A DNA stretch of 64,000 nt from Callorhinchus milii (GCF_018977255.1 NW_024704743.1:110238001-110302000), one strand, 5' to 3'. Positions 1-12,929 are shown, numbered from the stretch's first letter. Notes: generated by a model from the letters alone, not told the origin. Made by a program: numbers and translations.

Positions 1-850
1 GCATATAGATATTAAAGAGGAGGGGGCCAAGAAAAGAGCCCTGAGAAATGCTGTATGAGACAGAGGAGTCACTGCCCTTTATATTACTAGAGGAGAATCT
101 GTTTGTGGAGATAAAGTGGAGACAGTGAGAGAGGTACAATAGGAACTATTCAAGGACAGAATCATGAAGTTTGAGGTGACCGAAGAGGTGGTGGAGGAGG
201 ATAGAATGGTCAACGGTATCAAAGGCAGCGGAGAGATCAAGGAGGACGAGGAGGCAGAGGTAGCCCTGGTCGCAGATGGACAACATATCATTAGTTACTT
301 TGACCAAAGCTGTTTCTGTGTTGTGGCCGGCACGGAAACCTGATTGGAGGGGTTTGTGAAGTGAGTGGCGGGAGAGGAAGTAGCGAACTGGGAAGCAATG
401 ACTCATTCCAGGACCATGGAAAGGAAAAGGAGGTTGGAGATGGGGTGGTAGTTTGAGAGCAGGGAAGGATCCAGGGAGGGTTTTTTTAAGGATAGGAGTG
501 ATGACAGCCGTGTTTAAAAGGGTGACGATGGTGCCAGTGGACAGGGAGAGCGTTATGATGTCAGTGAGTAGAGGGGCAATGAGGTGGAGCTGGGAGATAA
601 GGAGAGGGGTAGGGATGGGGTTGAGGGAGCAGATGGTCGGTTTCATGCAGATTATAGTGGTTGTGAGAGAAGGTGTGAAGGGAGGGATGAGTAGGGGCCG
701 GGGTAGAAGACGGAAATGAAGAGGGGGTAATAGACAGATAGGCAGAGGCAGCTGAGCGGATCTCCTCCTCCTTGGATTTGAGGAAGTCCAGCATCGCCTC
801 GCAATTGGCTTTGGAGGAGAAGATGGGCGAGTCGTGAGAGGGTGGTTGGA
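1..850 (-). mobile_element. L2-clade LINE ORF2 fragment (reverse transcriptase N-terminal part), frameshifted
   Basis: Minus-strand translation gives TAVITPILKK, LQSGFRAGHNTETALVKVTND and LVLLDLSAAFDTVDHSILL; near base 1 it reads QGSFLGPLLFNIYM. These are typical L2 RT motifs. It runs off the window edge. Confidence 0.9.
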
Positions 851-1764
851 CCCATTTCTCTCGAGCACCATTGTTTAATCATGATCTAGTGTTGAACTGT
901 GATGGGAAAATATCAGGTTTGACTTTGCAAGTGTTACAGTGCCTTAAATATTAATGTGCCCTTTTACATCTGAAAGGAAATAACTTCAACATAATTTTAT
1001 TCACATAGGCAAGCAGTGCACTATCACTTGGAGGTACTATTCTGATAGTCCTGGGTTGTTTATAGAAAGGTGGAAGCTCTTAAAACAGCTTGATGCTGGT
1101 TAAGTCATTAAGTAGAGATGTTCAAGTACAATGCTGGAGGAAGGGGACAAGAGTGAAGTGGGGGGTATCAGAGAACCACAAATGACAACGACCTCTCCCA
1201 ACCCATGTGTTAAGGATCCGAACCCCTGAGCTTTCTACATGGTTTCCTTATGAGGATCTAAAATGTGACAATGTATAAATGGAGAGCTGCTGAAATAGAC
1301 TCCTACCCGCAGCTCAGTGAGTCACACCAATTCCAGGGAACTCCACTCCACTTCGAGTCGTTCTGTATCCAAAGTTCTCGCCTAAGATCATTTCTCTTAA
1401 AAAGTTTAGGAAATTTAGGAAGTTCTGAAATCCAGTCTTACCTTACAACAAAGTGGTTTCCAACTTAAGATTGACTATCCATCTTGCTGGGAAGGGCAGA
1501 AGTGTTGAGATTTTTGTTTTTTGGTCAGCTGGATGTCTGACACATTCAGAAACCTATCGGCATGCTTCAGAGTATCCAAACTAAGCTGAGCGTTCCACAC
1601 ATGAATGCTACCAACACAGACATTTAAGCAGGGGACTCCTTGGACTGAGTTGGCTCCAAGGTTAATTGACTCAACTCTCTGTGGCAGTCTTAGTAGTGCA
1701 TTTTTATTTGGTCAACCAGGACACATGCAGAAACCTATCCATATACTTAAGTGCTCTGCAACAC

Positions 1765-1975
1765 TATAATAATAATAATAATCCTTGCATTTTGATATAG
1801 GGCTTTTCAGGTCGGGAGGACGTCCCAAAGTGCTTCACAGAACACACTGCAAAGTGAATTGACTGTATATTTGTGGGCGAACGCGGCAGCCAATTGTGCA
1901 CAGCAATGTCCGACAAACAATCATATGGATTGAAAATGACCAATTTATTATTGGTTTTTTTTGGAGGCATTATTA
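1765..1975 (-). mobile_element. SINE family A (tRNA-derived, L2-type tail), 3' half
   Basis: (AAT)n-ccttgcatttgatatag...gggaggacgtcccaaagtgcttcacaga...ggcagccaattgtgcacagc matches the full-length copies at 12881 and 51488. Confidence 0.8.
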
Positions 1976-2639
1976 TTCCACTACCTGGATGAAGGGTGCT
2001 ATATAAGTGCAAGTTGTTGTTGTTGTTTAAGAGTATCCAAATCAGACTAAGAGTTCCAATATGTACACGACCTACATGTGGAAACATCCCTGTGAATAGA
2101 ATGGAATGCGCACTCTCTCCCTGGAGGAACAAATGGACAAAACCTATTGAATTCAACAGAAAACATCTGAGCTGCACAGAGCATGCATGGTTTCAGTATT
2201 TCCTTGTTAAACACTTACCCATTACATTGCTGGACATTGATTCTCAGGCGTCCTTTTCCCTAGTCTAGACTGTAATGTTTTCCAAGCAATCGGCAAATCC
2301 ATTTATAACCAGTGGCTGTCTGCACAAGCACAGTGAGAGACAACCTGCAGGCACTTAACCATTATTATCCTGAACAATCAACCTTTTGACAACCAGCACC
2401 ATGTAAGTATATATCAGTCCTGCTCTTTATTGAGCTGGCACTGCATGACACTGGGCTTCTTTTCTTGGATGCTGGATTGCACATTACTCAGTTTCCAACC
2501 TATTTTTTCCTTGCTCTCCTCAAGGAAGTTTTGGATCCCTTTGCTTTCTCACCTGGGATACAGTTACAAGGATGCTCTCTGGTATCTCCCCTTTGTGTTG
2601 ACAGTAAGTTTAAGCCACTCATTCATCATAGGTGTCAAT

Positions 2640-2855
2640 AGAGCCAATGGCTCAGTTGGTTGCATTCCTGCCTTTGGGTCAGACGATTATGAGTTCAAGC
2701 CCTACTTTAGGATTTCTTTGAGCTCACAGTCTGGGTGCCAGTGCTCAGGAGTGTTGCTTTGTCAGAGGTGACGTCCTTCAACTGAGACATCAATCCGAGA
2801 TACTGCCTGTTCATGTGGACGTTAAAGATTCTCCTGGTGTCCTGGCCAACAATCT
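2640..2855 (+). mobile_element. SINE family B (tRNA-like head plus Deu-like domain), partial
   Basis: Head ggctcagttggttgcattc...gagttcaagccc followed by cctgttcatgtggacgttaaagat...gtgtcctggccaacaatc. Confidence 0.7.
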
Positions 2856-4034
2856 TAGTTAGTATTAGGGCAAACATAACATTAATCCTTGTTTTTGTAC
2901 TTTTAACCATCTCAAAGAGCTTTACAATAATTACTGCTAAATGTAGTGACTGTGTAATTGTAAACAATTGCCAATTTGCACCCAGTAATGTCCCTAAATG
3001 GGACTGAAATGATTGCTCTTTAAAAGAACCAGTGCAGACATGATTGGCCAAATGTCCTTCTGTGCTGTAAATTTCTATGGTTCTATGATTTCACAGACAG
3101 TGAATGAATTGAATTTATCAATTCCATTGTGACCTTTGGACCTCAGAGTGGGTGGGAGAAGCCCAATGAATGATGAACCAATTAATGCTGACTCAGAACA
3201 CCAACTTTCTTCCTTTTAATATGCAAAGCTATGTTGTTAGTCCCTTTGCCTTAAATAATTAATTAACCCAACAAATGGATTATTAACTCAGTGCCTTATT
3301 GTTATGAGATTTGTCAGCTGCTACCTATTCCAAACGTTAAGCACTCTGGCAACTCGGAATGCTAAAACATGTATTAAATTTTAAATTGGCGCTTGTTGAG
3401 AAATATAATACCATTCCATCGGTTTATTATCTTCAAGTCTCTTCATTACTTGTCAGCCTCTGCATAATTGTATAAAAGAAATAACAAGCATTCCCCCATG
3501 TTTAAACCTATCAAGTTTTACGTCTGTTTCCCAGTGATGCTCAGAATCTAATGAGCTAAACTCTCATTGTGGTTTCAAGTTAAAGTGTTTTCTCTTATCC
3601 GCAGATATCGTCTCTGTCCTCTTTTGTATCTCTGATGGGAGAGTAGAATATCCTCACAGTGCGGGCTGATGTTCCAGCGCAGTGCATGGTCGGAGGCACC
3701 ATCCTTCAGGACAATGGGCCGTTTTTTGGCCACTTGCAGTCCTGCACTCTGGATCTCCATTTCCTGGTGCCTCTAACTTGCTCCCTCCCACCTACCTCAA
3801 AACATGTATTTTAAGTCATCATTCCCCTCCTCTCCACCACCTTTCAGCCCCCACTCATGCATGCCAGTGTTTATCCTCCCTCAAGTTTCCATTCTTCCTA
3901 ATTCTCACTCCTATACCCCTCTATTCCCTTCAACCTAGTCTATCCTCTTCAATGCATTGCTGCTTTCTGCTTCAACATACTTCTGACAGTGAATTCCACA
4001 TTCTCACCACCCTTTGTGTAGCAAAGTTTCTCCA

Positions 4035-4273
4035 TCAGTGGCGGTGCCTTCAACCATTACACCCTAACCTCTGAAACTCCCAGTGTTAATCCCTTCACCT
4101 CACCCCCTCTCTGTCTATCTTTAAATCCCACTTTAAGACTCACCTGTTCGAAAGTGCCTTTGGTCACCCACCTTTTCCCCTTTTCCCTTGCTCAACATTG
4201 ATCCTGCCACTGTGCAGCGCTCCAAGACACTATCCTGCGTGAAGGGTGTTATATAAATACAAGTTGTTGTTGT
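4035..4273 (+). mobile_element. L2 LINE 3' end
   Basis: ccatcagtggcggtgccttc...ctttaagactcacctgttcg...gtgaagggtgttatataaatacaag followed by a (TTG)n tail. Confidence 0.75.
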
Positions 4274-4819
4274 CAATTATCTTATATTTATGCCACCTCA
4301 TTTTGAACTCAGCAAAAGTGGAAACAGCCTATTAATATCCACCTTATCAAATCCTTTCACAATCTTAAACATCTCTCTCAGGTCCCCTCTCAATCATCAC
4401 ATTTCCAGAGTGACCAGATTAAGCCTGTCCAATATTATTCAAAAGTCAAATCCACCTGGTAACATCCAAAAAAGCATAGGTCTAGAACCAGGGGTAGGGG
4501 GGAGGATTTTCTCCCCAAATAGTAACAATAATAATCATTACATTTCATAATGCGCTTTCCTTGTTGGAAGGAGAGCGTCACACAATTTATCGTGATATGT
4601 GTAATGACTGAAATACTAAAAGGATTTTTTTAAATTAAATTAACATTTCATATGAGCGTACATTATTTTGCCTTCTTTCATATAAATTTTCTGTGTCCAC
4701 CTTAGCGCTGAAGTGGCTGAAGGCACGGCCGCCGAGGGTGGAGCGGAGGACTCGGGGCACGAGGAGGAGGCCAGACCCGGAGGTAAACATGTTAAACCTC
4801 TTAAATGTGCCTTTGGCAT

Positions 4820-5370
4820 GTCTAGTCTTGACGATTCCAATGCCTTGCTTGCTGGACTCCCCAGCTCCCTCCCTCCCCACACACAAGCTGTAGTCAATCC
4901 AGAATCTGCAGCCTACGTACTCTCCCGCACTAGGCTCCATGAATCTATCACCCCAGCTCATGTCAGCTCCAATGACTCCCCACCCCTGGATCGACTTCAA
5001 GATTCCTATTATCACATTAAATAAAGTCCCTCCACAGCCTCATCCCACCCTATCTCTGGGACCTTCTGCAACCCTAAAAACCCGGCTGCTCCCTCTGCTC
5101 AGCAAACACTGGCCTTCTTAATGTCCCCTACCCTGTCCACCCTACCACCAGCTGGAGTGCTTTCAGTTATCTTTCCCCCATTCTCTGGTACTCCATCCCG
5201 GAGTCTCTCTGACTTACTCCCTTCCTCCGCACTGTTATAGCTCAATTTAAGACTTGCCCCTTTGAATGCGTTTGGGTCAGCTTTCCCCTTCCCCCACCAC
5301 CCCCTTCAGATCCTCCCTTTTTCCTTGACTCGGGTGCCCAGCCAACTGTGTAGAGCACTATGATATCCTC
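4820..5370 (+). mobile_element. Old L2 LINE 3' fragment
   Basis: Translates as SLDDSNALLAGLP...ESAAYVLSRTRLHESITP, homologous to the L2 C-terminus at ~30220-30350. Confidence 0.7.
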
Positions 5371-6432
5371 CCAATAAAGCACCCCAGCCTCCACACCCCC
5401 CCCACCCCCAGCACACTGCACTGGAGCATCAGCCTGGACTGTGAGCTCAAAGTCCTGACGTACAATCTTCTGAACCAGAGCACGAGAGCATTGCGACTGA
5501 GCCGAGCTGACACATTATCAACCTCCTGCTAGCTGATGGGCATAGTGGAAAAATACATTCAGCAGCATCTACATTCCGCCTGCACTGAGTCCACGCCTCG
5601 TCTTAAATACAAATAGCATCTTCTCCGCCTCGTTCACCAAGGTCCTTTGAAGTTCTCAGCTCTCAAAATTAACCACATTTAAAATTAAATAAAAACAGTT
5701 CTTTAGCTGGCATGGAAACCAATAATCTCACACTTTATTAGAATTCTTTTTCAAAAAGCACAACATTTAAATGCCCTCTGGGGAGAGTGTGTGTGTGGGA
5801 GGTTGCAGGAGGGAGAAGAGGCGACTAAATTCCATATTTCCCAGCAGTTAAGTCCAAAATGGTAGCATTGCAGCGTCTGAATTAAATGAAACATTTCTTA
5901 TTAAGAAATCGGTTATGAAATGCCACAATTTAAATTGTACAAGACATCCAGGCTTCTAGTTTTTGTGCTCCTCTTATTTTTAATAATAATCCTTATATCA
6001 AATAAGCATTTGATATAAGGATTATTATTAAAATAATAATATAGCACCGTACCACATCAAATCACTCTTCACAGAGTTTTCTGTAAAATGCAGTGACTGT
6101 ATTTTGTAGGTGGATGCAGCAACCAATTTGTGCACAGTAACGTCCCACAAAAACTATTTGACCCCACGGCACTATTTGAAAAAAAGGTGGAGTCAAACGT
6201 CTCCTGCAAAGGACAGTAAAGAAGCGCTTGCACAAGCCTTGCTCTACACAGCATCTGTCAGCGTAGAATGTGAGTTCAAAGTCCCACTGTAGAAGCTTGA
6301 GCCCACAGTATTCTAACTTGGAGGCAAGAGTGCCATTAACTTTGTTAAGGTGGTGATCTCTGGGTGACTCCCAGTTCCTCATGCAAATGAGTATCAAAAC
6401 AGCAGGATCAAACACATTGAAATAGAAGCTCA

Positions 6433-6553
6433 TAATAATAATAATAATAATAATCCTTGCATTTGATATAGCGCTTTTCACGTCGGGAGGACGTCCCAAA
6501 GCGCTTCACAGAATATACTGTAAAGTGAATTGACTGTATATTTGTGGGCGAAC
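6433..6553 (-). mobile_element. SINE family A 3' end (young)
   Basis: Near-identical to the tail at 51488-51605; (AAT)n tail. Confidence 0.85.
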
Positions 6554-8050
6554 GGTATTAAAGGGACAGTGGTATTAAAGGGACAGTGGCAGCATGGATA
6601 CAGAAATGGCTGGAACTCAGATAGCAAGAGAGTGGTGGTAAACAGTTATTTTTCTGACTGGAGGGAAGTGTGCAGTGGTGTCCCTCAGGGGTCAGTATTG
6701 ATCCGCACCCTTGTATTCAAATCCCTCCACTCCTCTGCACCCCCCAACCTCTCTGACCTCTCTCCTCAAAACAGTGCCCGTTGCCTTCGTTCCACCGGGC
6801 CTGGCCTCCTTCTTGCCCCCGAGTCCTCCGCTCCACCTTCGGTGGCTGTGCCTTCAGCCACTATGCCCCGAGGCTCTGGAACTCCCTCTCTCCCTTTGCC
6901 TCACCCCCTCTCTTCCTATTTTCAGGTCTCAGCTGAAGACCTTTTTTTCGACCGCGCCTTTGGCCACCTTCCTCCCCCTCCCCCTGGCTCGGACCCGGGA
7001 TCTGTAACTGTGAAGCGCTCTGAGACGCCGTCCGACATGGAGGGCACTATATAAATCCAAGTTGCTGTTGTTGTTGTTATTGGGACCACTGCTGTTTTTC
7101 ATCTATATAAATAACCTGGACTTGGATATAGGAAGTACAATTTCCAAGTTTGAAGATGATACTAAGCTAGGAAAGGTAGTAAACAATGAGGAGGATAGTA
7201 GCACTGCAAATGGACATAGACAGACCGGTAAAATGGACAGACATGTGGCAGATGAAGTTTAATGTGGAGAAATGCAAAGTGATGCATTTTGGGAGGAAGA
7301 ATAACGAGAGGCAATGTAAGCTGATGGTACAATCTTAAAGGAGGTGAAGGAACAGAGAGACCTGGGGGTTCATATAAGTAAATCTTTGAAGGTGGCAGGA
7401 CAGATAGATAAAGCTGTTAAATAAGCATGCGGGATGCTGGTTTTATAAATAGGGGCATAGAATACAAAAGTCAGGAAGTTATGATAATCCTTTATAAAAC
7501 ACTGGTGAAGCCTCAGCTGGAGTACTGTGTTCAGTTCTGCGCCTCACACTTTAGGAAGGATGTCAAGGCATTGGAGAGGGTGTAAAGGAGATTTACCAGA
7601 ATGGTACCAGGGATGAGGAACTTCAATTATCAGGAGAGGCTAGAGAAGCTAGGATTATTCTCCTTGGAGCAGAGAAGGTTAAGAGGAGACTTAATAGAAG
7701 TTTTCAAAATTACGAGGGGATTCGATATGGTGAACAAGGAGAAACTGTTTCCACTAGCGGGAAGGTCGGTAACCCAAGGACACCAATTTAAAATAGTTGT
7801 TAAAAGAAACAGAGGAGAGGTGAGAAGAATTTTTTTTTGTACAGCGAGTTGTTCGGATCTGGAATGCATTGCCTGAAAGGGTGGTGGAAGCTGATTCGAT
7901 AACAACTTTTAAGAAACAAGTAGATATTTATTTGGGAGGACAAGTTCACAGGGCTATGGGGAGAGAACGGGGAGTGTGATTGATTTTGATAGCCGGCACA
8001 GACACGATGGGCAGAATGGCCTCCTTCTATGATTCTATAATTCTATGAAT
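6554..8050 (+). mobile_element. CR1-clade LINE, 5'-truncated RT C-terminal part plus 3' UTR, degenerate
   Basis: Translated pieces: WREVCSGVPQGSVL / GPLLFFIYINNLD...SKFEDDTKLG; MVPGMRNFNYQERLEKLGLFSLEQRRLRGDLIEVFKI. 3' end gaatggcctccttctatgattctataattctatga is a CR1-type tail. Interrupted by an L2 insertion at ~6700-7080. Confidence 0.9.
6700..7080 (+). mobile_element. L2 LINE 3' end nested inside CR1
   Basis: TLVFKSLH...L2 C-terminus and gagggcactatataaatccaag(TTG)n tail. It splits the CR1 codons GSVL|GPLL, with tattg at both junctions. Confidence 0.85.
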
Positions 8051-11044
8051 TGAGCCAAACTTACAAGAAGGAAACAATCCCCTACCACGTCTACAATTCG
8101 GAATTAGAAGGGAGATTCTCCTGGTTTTCTGGCCAGCAATCCGCCAGCTAAACTTCATCATTTGCTTCAGACAATTCAATATAGTATAATTTATATGTAT
8201 ACAGCGCCTCTCACATCGGAAGGACATCCCACTTCATGGCTGCGTGAAGCACTTTGAGATGTCCTCCCAATGTGAAAGGCGCTATATAGATGTAAATTTT
8301 TGTTGTAGTTGTTTGTGGGACATTGCTGTGCACAAATTGGCTGCTGATTTGACCATAGAAAAAATCACTATGCAGAAACTTAGTGCAGCATGTTTACGAG
8401 CTGTATCAAATGCAAGGATTATTGTTATTATTACAGTAACTGCAGGCATAAAATGTAAATTTTATGCAAGTGAAACAAAAGCCGAGCTACACATAAAAAC
8501 TTGACTGATATCCATATGCAATGCACATCAGAAGCTTCTTTGGCTCCCAAAGCACTAAACGTATTGTAGGCTCACCATTGATTTTAAAATGCCAAACTAA
8601 TAACCCAGAGGAGCAACATTTCTGAACAGATGGTAGTGGAGACCTTTTGAAAGCAATTTGCAACCCTCACACAAATCACTGAGAGAGAGAAAGTGGAGAG
8701 TAGGGAAGAGTAGAGGTAAGTGTTAGAGAGAAACAAACAAGCCTAGATAAAGACACGCACAGCAATGTTCACTCATACAGTGCATTTCATATAGGACAAA
8801 TAACCCAGTTGGTGAGGTGGTGACTAGAAGGCATCAATTTAACACCATTATCAGAACAAAAAAATAATAATCTTCGCATCTAATGTAGCGTTTTTCACAT
8901 TGGGAGAAGCGTTTCACAAAATTTGGCGAATTTAAAAATTTTGAGGCCACTTTTTCTTTATGTTTCCTATAAAAATTTGAGAAAAACAGCTTCAAAGTTA
9001 AGACTGAATTCATCAATTTGCTAAATTCTGCACACTGAAGTGATGCTCAAGATTTATAAGCAGAATAAACCTGAACTCTAAGTGGATTTCTCTCACAGAC
9101 AGAGAACTGGCACTGGTACAACAGGCTGAATGGTCTCTTTCTGTTGTGCTGTAAACATGTGGTGGTTTTATGAGGTTGGGATGTGACGAAAATTGCAGCT
9201 GAGAAATGGGATCAGTAGAGAGTAATAATAATACTAATAATCCTTACATATGATATATGCCTTTCACATCAACAAAATATGTCAAAGCACTTCACAGGAT
9301 TTACTATAAAGTGTAGTGATTGTGTATTTTGCAGATGAATGTAGCAACAAACTTGCACATGGCAATAACTCACCAACAAGAAGAAGTGAATGACCAATTT
9401 TATAACAATAAAGTATAATCCTATAAATTTGATATATCTATAATTCCTATCCCAAATCTATGTATTTGTAGGAGAATGCAGGTGCCAGTCAGAGCACAGC
9501 ACTGTGAGTTCCAGGGATCTAAAAATTACAGGCGCGAAACAAAACAAGGTAATAAACCTTCCATTAGGTATAGCGTCAGGAGGTTCACAGGATATACTGT
9601 AAAGTGCAGTGACTGTCTGTTTTGTGGGCAAAGGCAACAGCCTATTTGAGCGCATCAATGTCCTACAAACAGCTATGAAGTGAATGACCAATTTTTGGGG
9701 GAGGGTTGGAGTGGGGAGGTTTGTTCCAACTGGATAAAGAGAGATCGATTTGGGAAAAGAATCAGAAGAGGCAGGGAGTTGGAAAAATGGAGTTGCAAAC
9801 CATATTCTAGCTTCTGAAGAAGAAAAACCTCCACCCCTCCCTCTCCCCCTAGCTCATTGTCAGACTCTGCCACTGTGAAGTGCTCCGGGACAGTATCCTA
9901 TATGAAGGGCGATATATAAATGCAAGTTGTTGTTGTTCGTGTAACACAGCTCCAGCACTGCATAGGAGCATCAGCCGAGACTATTTAGTTACGAGTCCTG
10001 ATGTGAGGCTTGACCCACATTCTTCTGACTCAAGGGGCTAGAGTACTACCAACTGCATTGGCTGACACACAGTACAAATCGATGCAGCAAAACTTTCAGC
10101 ATCAATCCTGTAAAGAAAATTTCTCTGCTCAGTACACATATAATTTGAACTTGAAAACCCCAGCAAATATCTGTAGTTTTCCATCCATGTGTAAATTCGC
10201 CTGAGGGCAAACAAGCTGTAAATTACACTGTATTGTATTAGAATTCATTGCCGTGACACATTACTAAGAGTAATGTTAAAAAAAGTCACTTTCAGAATAT
10301 ACCAATTATATCAAGGAGGTTTTCCAGGATTTGCTGCCACTGTTATCACAAAGCATGAATGATCATTAAGATTGATTCAGATGAAGGAGACCTTTAATGA
10401 CAATCTGATCACATGGTTGCTGAATACCTGCTCTAATGACCTCACACCACAGCGTCAAGCTATTTTGTAAATGGGCCTCAGTGTCATGGGACACCCATCC
10501 TGGTAACCTCAGTCCCAGTCAGTAATTATTCCTCTGCATAAAGAATTACTTCCTCTGCAACCCTGAATACAGCACCCTTTATGTTGGTAGGACGTCCAAA
10601 GAGTTTCACACAGATGACTTGGAACATAAGGTTGGGGCAGGGGCTGGGGGGGAAGAGTGGGGAGGGGGAGAAGCTGACGTAAAAGTACAGTCTTAACTCC
10701 AGGACAAAGTTCCAGAGAGAGGGAGCAGAAAGGCTGAGAGCTCGCACGCCAATCGTGGATACATGAAGCAAGCTGATGATGGTTTTCCAGACTATTCATG
10801 TCCCAGTCCTCTCTGATGGAGAGCTTTGATGAGCTCTTGAAGAAGTGGAGCCTTGAATGTCCTCCTCCTGCTTCTTTGTTCCTACATTTCTGATTAAACA
10901 TTTTGAGAGTCTTCAGGCTGGAACTCTTTCTTATTTCCAACACCCTCTCCCCCCACTCCCAGCCCCAACTCCGCACCAAGAGGTACATATGTCAAAGTGA
11001 CCTACACGAGGGTGATAAGGGAAGGGACGTTTTGGTAAGGTTTG

Positions 11045-11099
11045 TATAATATAATCACTCCTAATTAAACTGTAATTAATTGGGAGTGATTATATTATA
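11045..11099. repeat. Near-perfect short inverted repeat (24-bp arms, 7-nt loop)
   Basis: tataatataatcactcctaattaa-actgtaa-ttaattgggagtgattatattata; one mismatch, which is a G.U pair on the + strand. Confidence 0.9.
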
Positions 11100-12031
11100 T
11101 GGAATCTTTGTCTTGTTCCTGTCAAACATCCAAGTGAGCATCAGCTCTGACTTTTCCCTCCTGGTGATTCCCTGTAACAGACTTTTTTAATAGCAGATCT
11201 GATTAACCACGAGAAGACAATAATATAACGTGGCACTGACTATCCTGTGCCAGGCAGACTAGTTACCAGCTCATCTGCCATTGGAAATCATTTCTCTCTA
11301 TCCTCCCTCAGCAAGAACCACTCATATTTGGCAGCCCCTCTGTCAGGTCTCCTCTCAACCTGCAACGTTCTGTATTTCAGTAAGAACTCAATTCTGCTTC
11401 ACCTCCACCCCTAACTCCCCCCCACACCCCCCACCACTCCCCCACTACCATTAGCAGGAGAGCGTCCAGACCTTTTGTGTCCATTGTCCAGAAATCCCTT
11501 TGCCTCGCGCCCTCACACTTTGCTTCGAAAATCCACCTTAAAAGTCCACCTCTTTGAGTTCCCTTTAGGCCACCTCACTCCCACCCTGCCCAGGCTCCCA
11601 CTTTGTCTCCATGAGATGTTTTCCAATGTGAAAGGTGCTGCATAAGTGGGGTGTTTCTGGGGCATTGATGTGCGTAAATTGGCTGCCACGTTTACTTACA
11701 AATACACAGTCACTACGCTTCTACAGAGGTCTTTGAGACATCTCGATGTGTTAAGGTGCTATACCAAATGCAAGGATTATTGTAATATTAAACAAGCTGC
11801 AAGTGAAACTAATTCCAGTTTCTCTTGTCTAAACGCAGATTTGTCTCCAAGACAGAGGGTCATGGAGGAATATTCAAAGGAAAAACCCTGGAGGAAAACT
11901 AAAATAATCTAAGTGGTGGGGGTGGGGGGATATTCTCATCAATTTCTTAATACGAAATCACGTATTTTCTGCTACCAGAAAGCCTTTCAGGATTTCCACA
12001 GGGAACAATACATGAAAAGCAACTCCAAAAT

Positions 12032-12929
12032 ATGTCCAGAACTTGTGAAAAGCACTATATCAAATGCAAGGATTATTATATTATAACTGGGCAGCCTTCT
12101 GTCCTTATGTTCTTATGTCCTTACATGTAAAGCATAGTCACTTTGGAATGTAGGAAGGAGTTTGCATGGAACTGCATTCCAGCAAAGATAACAGATAGGA
12201 TGAGAAAAAAACTATTGCAGCAGAATATTTGTCAAAATGAATAAATCAGCGAGCAATATCACAGGCAGCTGAGAAAACTGCTTGACCATTCACTTCAAGG
12301 CTATTTGTGGTACATTGCTGTCTCAAAATGGCTGTTGCCAACAAAAATACAGTCACTCCATTTTGCGATAGATTCTATGAAGCGCTTTGTAATGTCTTCT
12401 CGACATGAAAGGATTTTTATTGACGGGTTACTGAGAGGCGCTTGGCTTCGTATTATAGAGCTACGTGCTTTTGCACAGTAATTAAATTTTGAGAGGGGAA
12501 ATAGCACCCACATGGAGACACCAATTGCTCCGAGGCAAATGTCAGGAATAAATATCACACAAAATGGCAATCATACAATATTCCAATGAGTCACATTGAG
12601 AAGGACGAGACCAACGCACTGTGTTGAGAGGCTACTCTGATTAAGTGCACCTGAGAAGTGGCTTGGCTCAAAGCCGGGTGAGGTTTTCTCAGCTGCCTGT
12701 GATATTGCTCGCTGATTTATTCATTTTGACAAATATTCTGCTGCAATAGTTTTTTTCTCATCCTATCTGTTATCTTTGCTGGAATGCAGTTCCATGCAAA
12801 CTCCTTCCTACATTCCAAAGTGACTATGCTTTACATGTAAGGACATAAGAACATAAGGACAGAAGGCTGCCCAGTTATAATATAATAATCCTTGCATTTG
12901 ATATAGCGCTTTTCACAAGTTCTGGACAT
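12032..12929. repeat. Long inverted repeat: arms 12032-12278 and 12683-12929 (247 bp), 404-bp spacer
   Basis: The arms are reverse complements of each other, with a single mismatch seen (agcActat vs agcGctat). Confidence 0.95.

Noticed and set aside
10509..10988. 159-aa minus-strand ORF
   Set aside because: It spans degenerate L2 and CR1-like ends; no protein motif or splice structure supports it.
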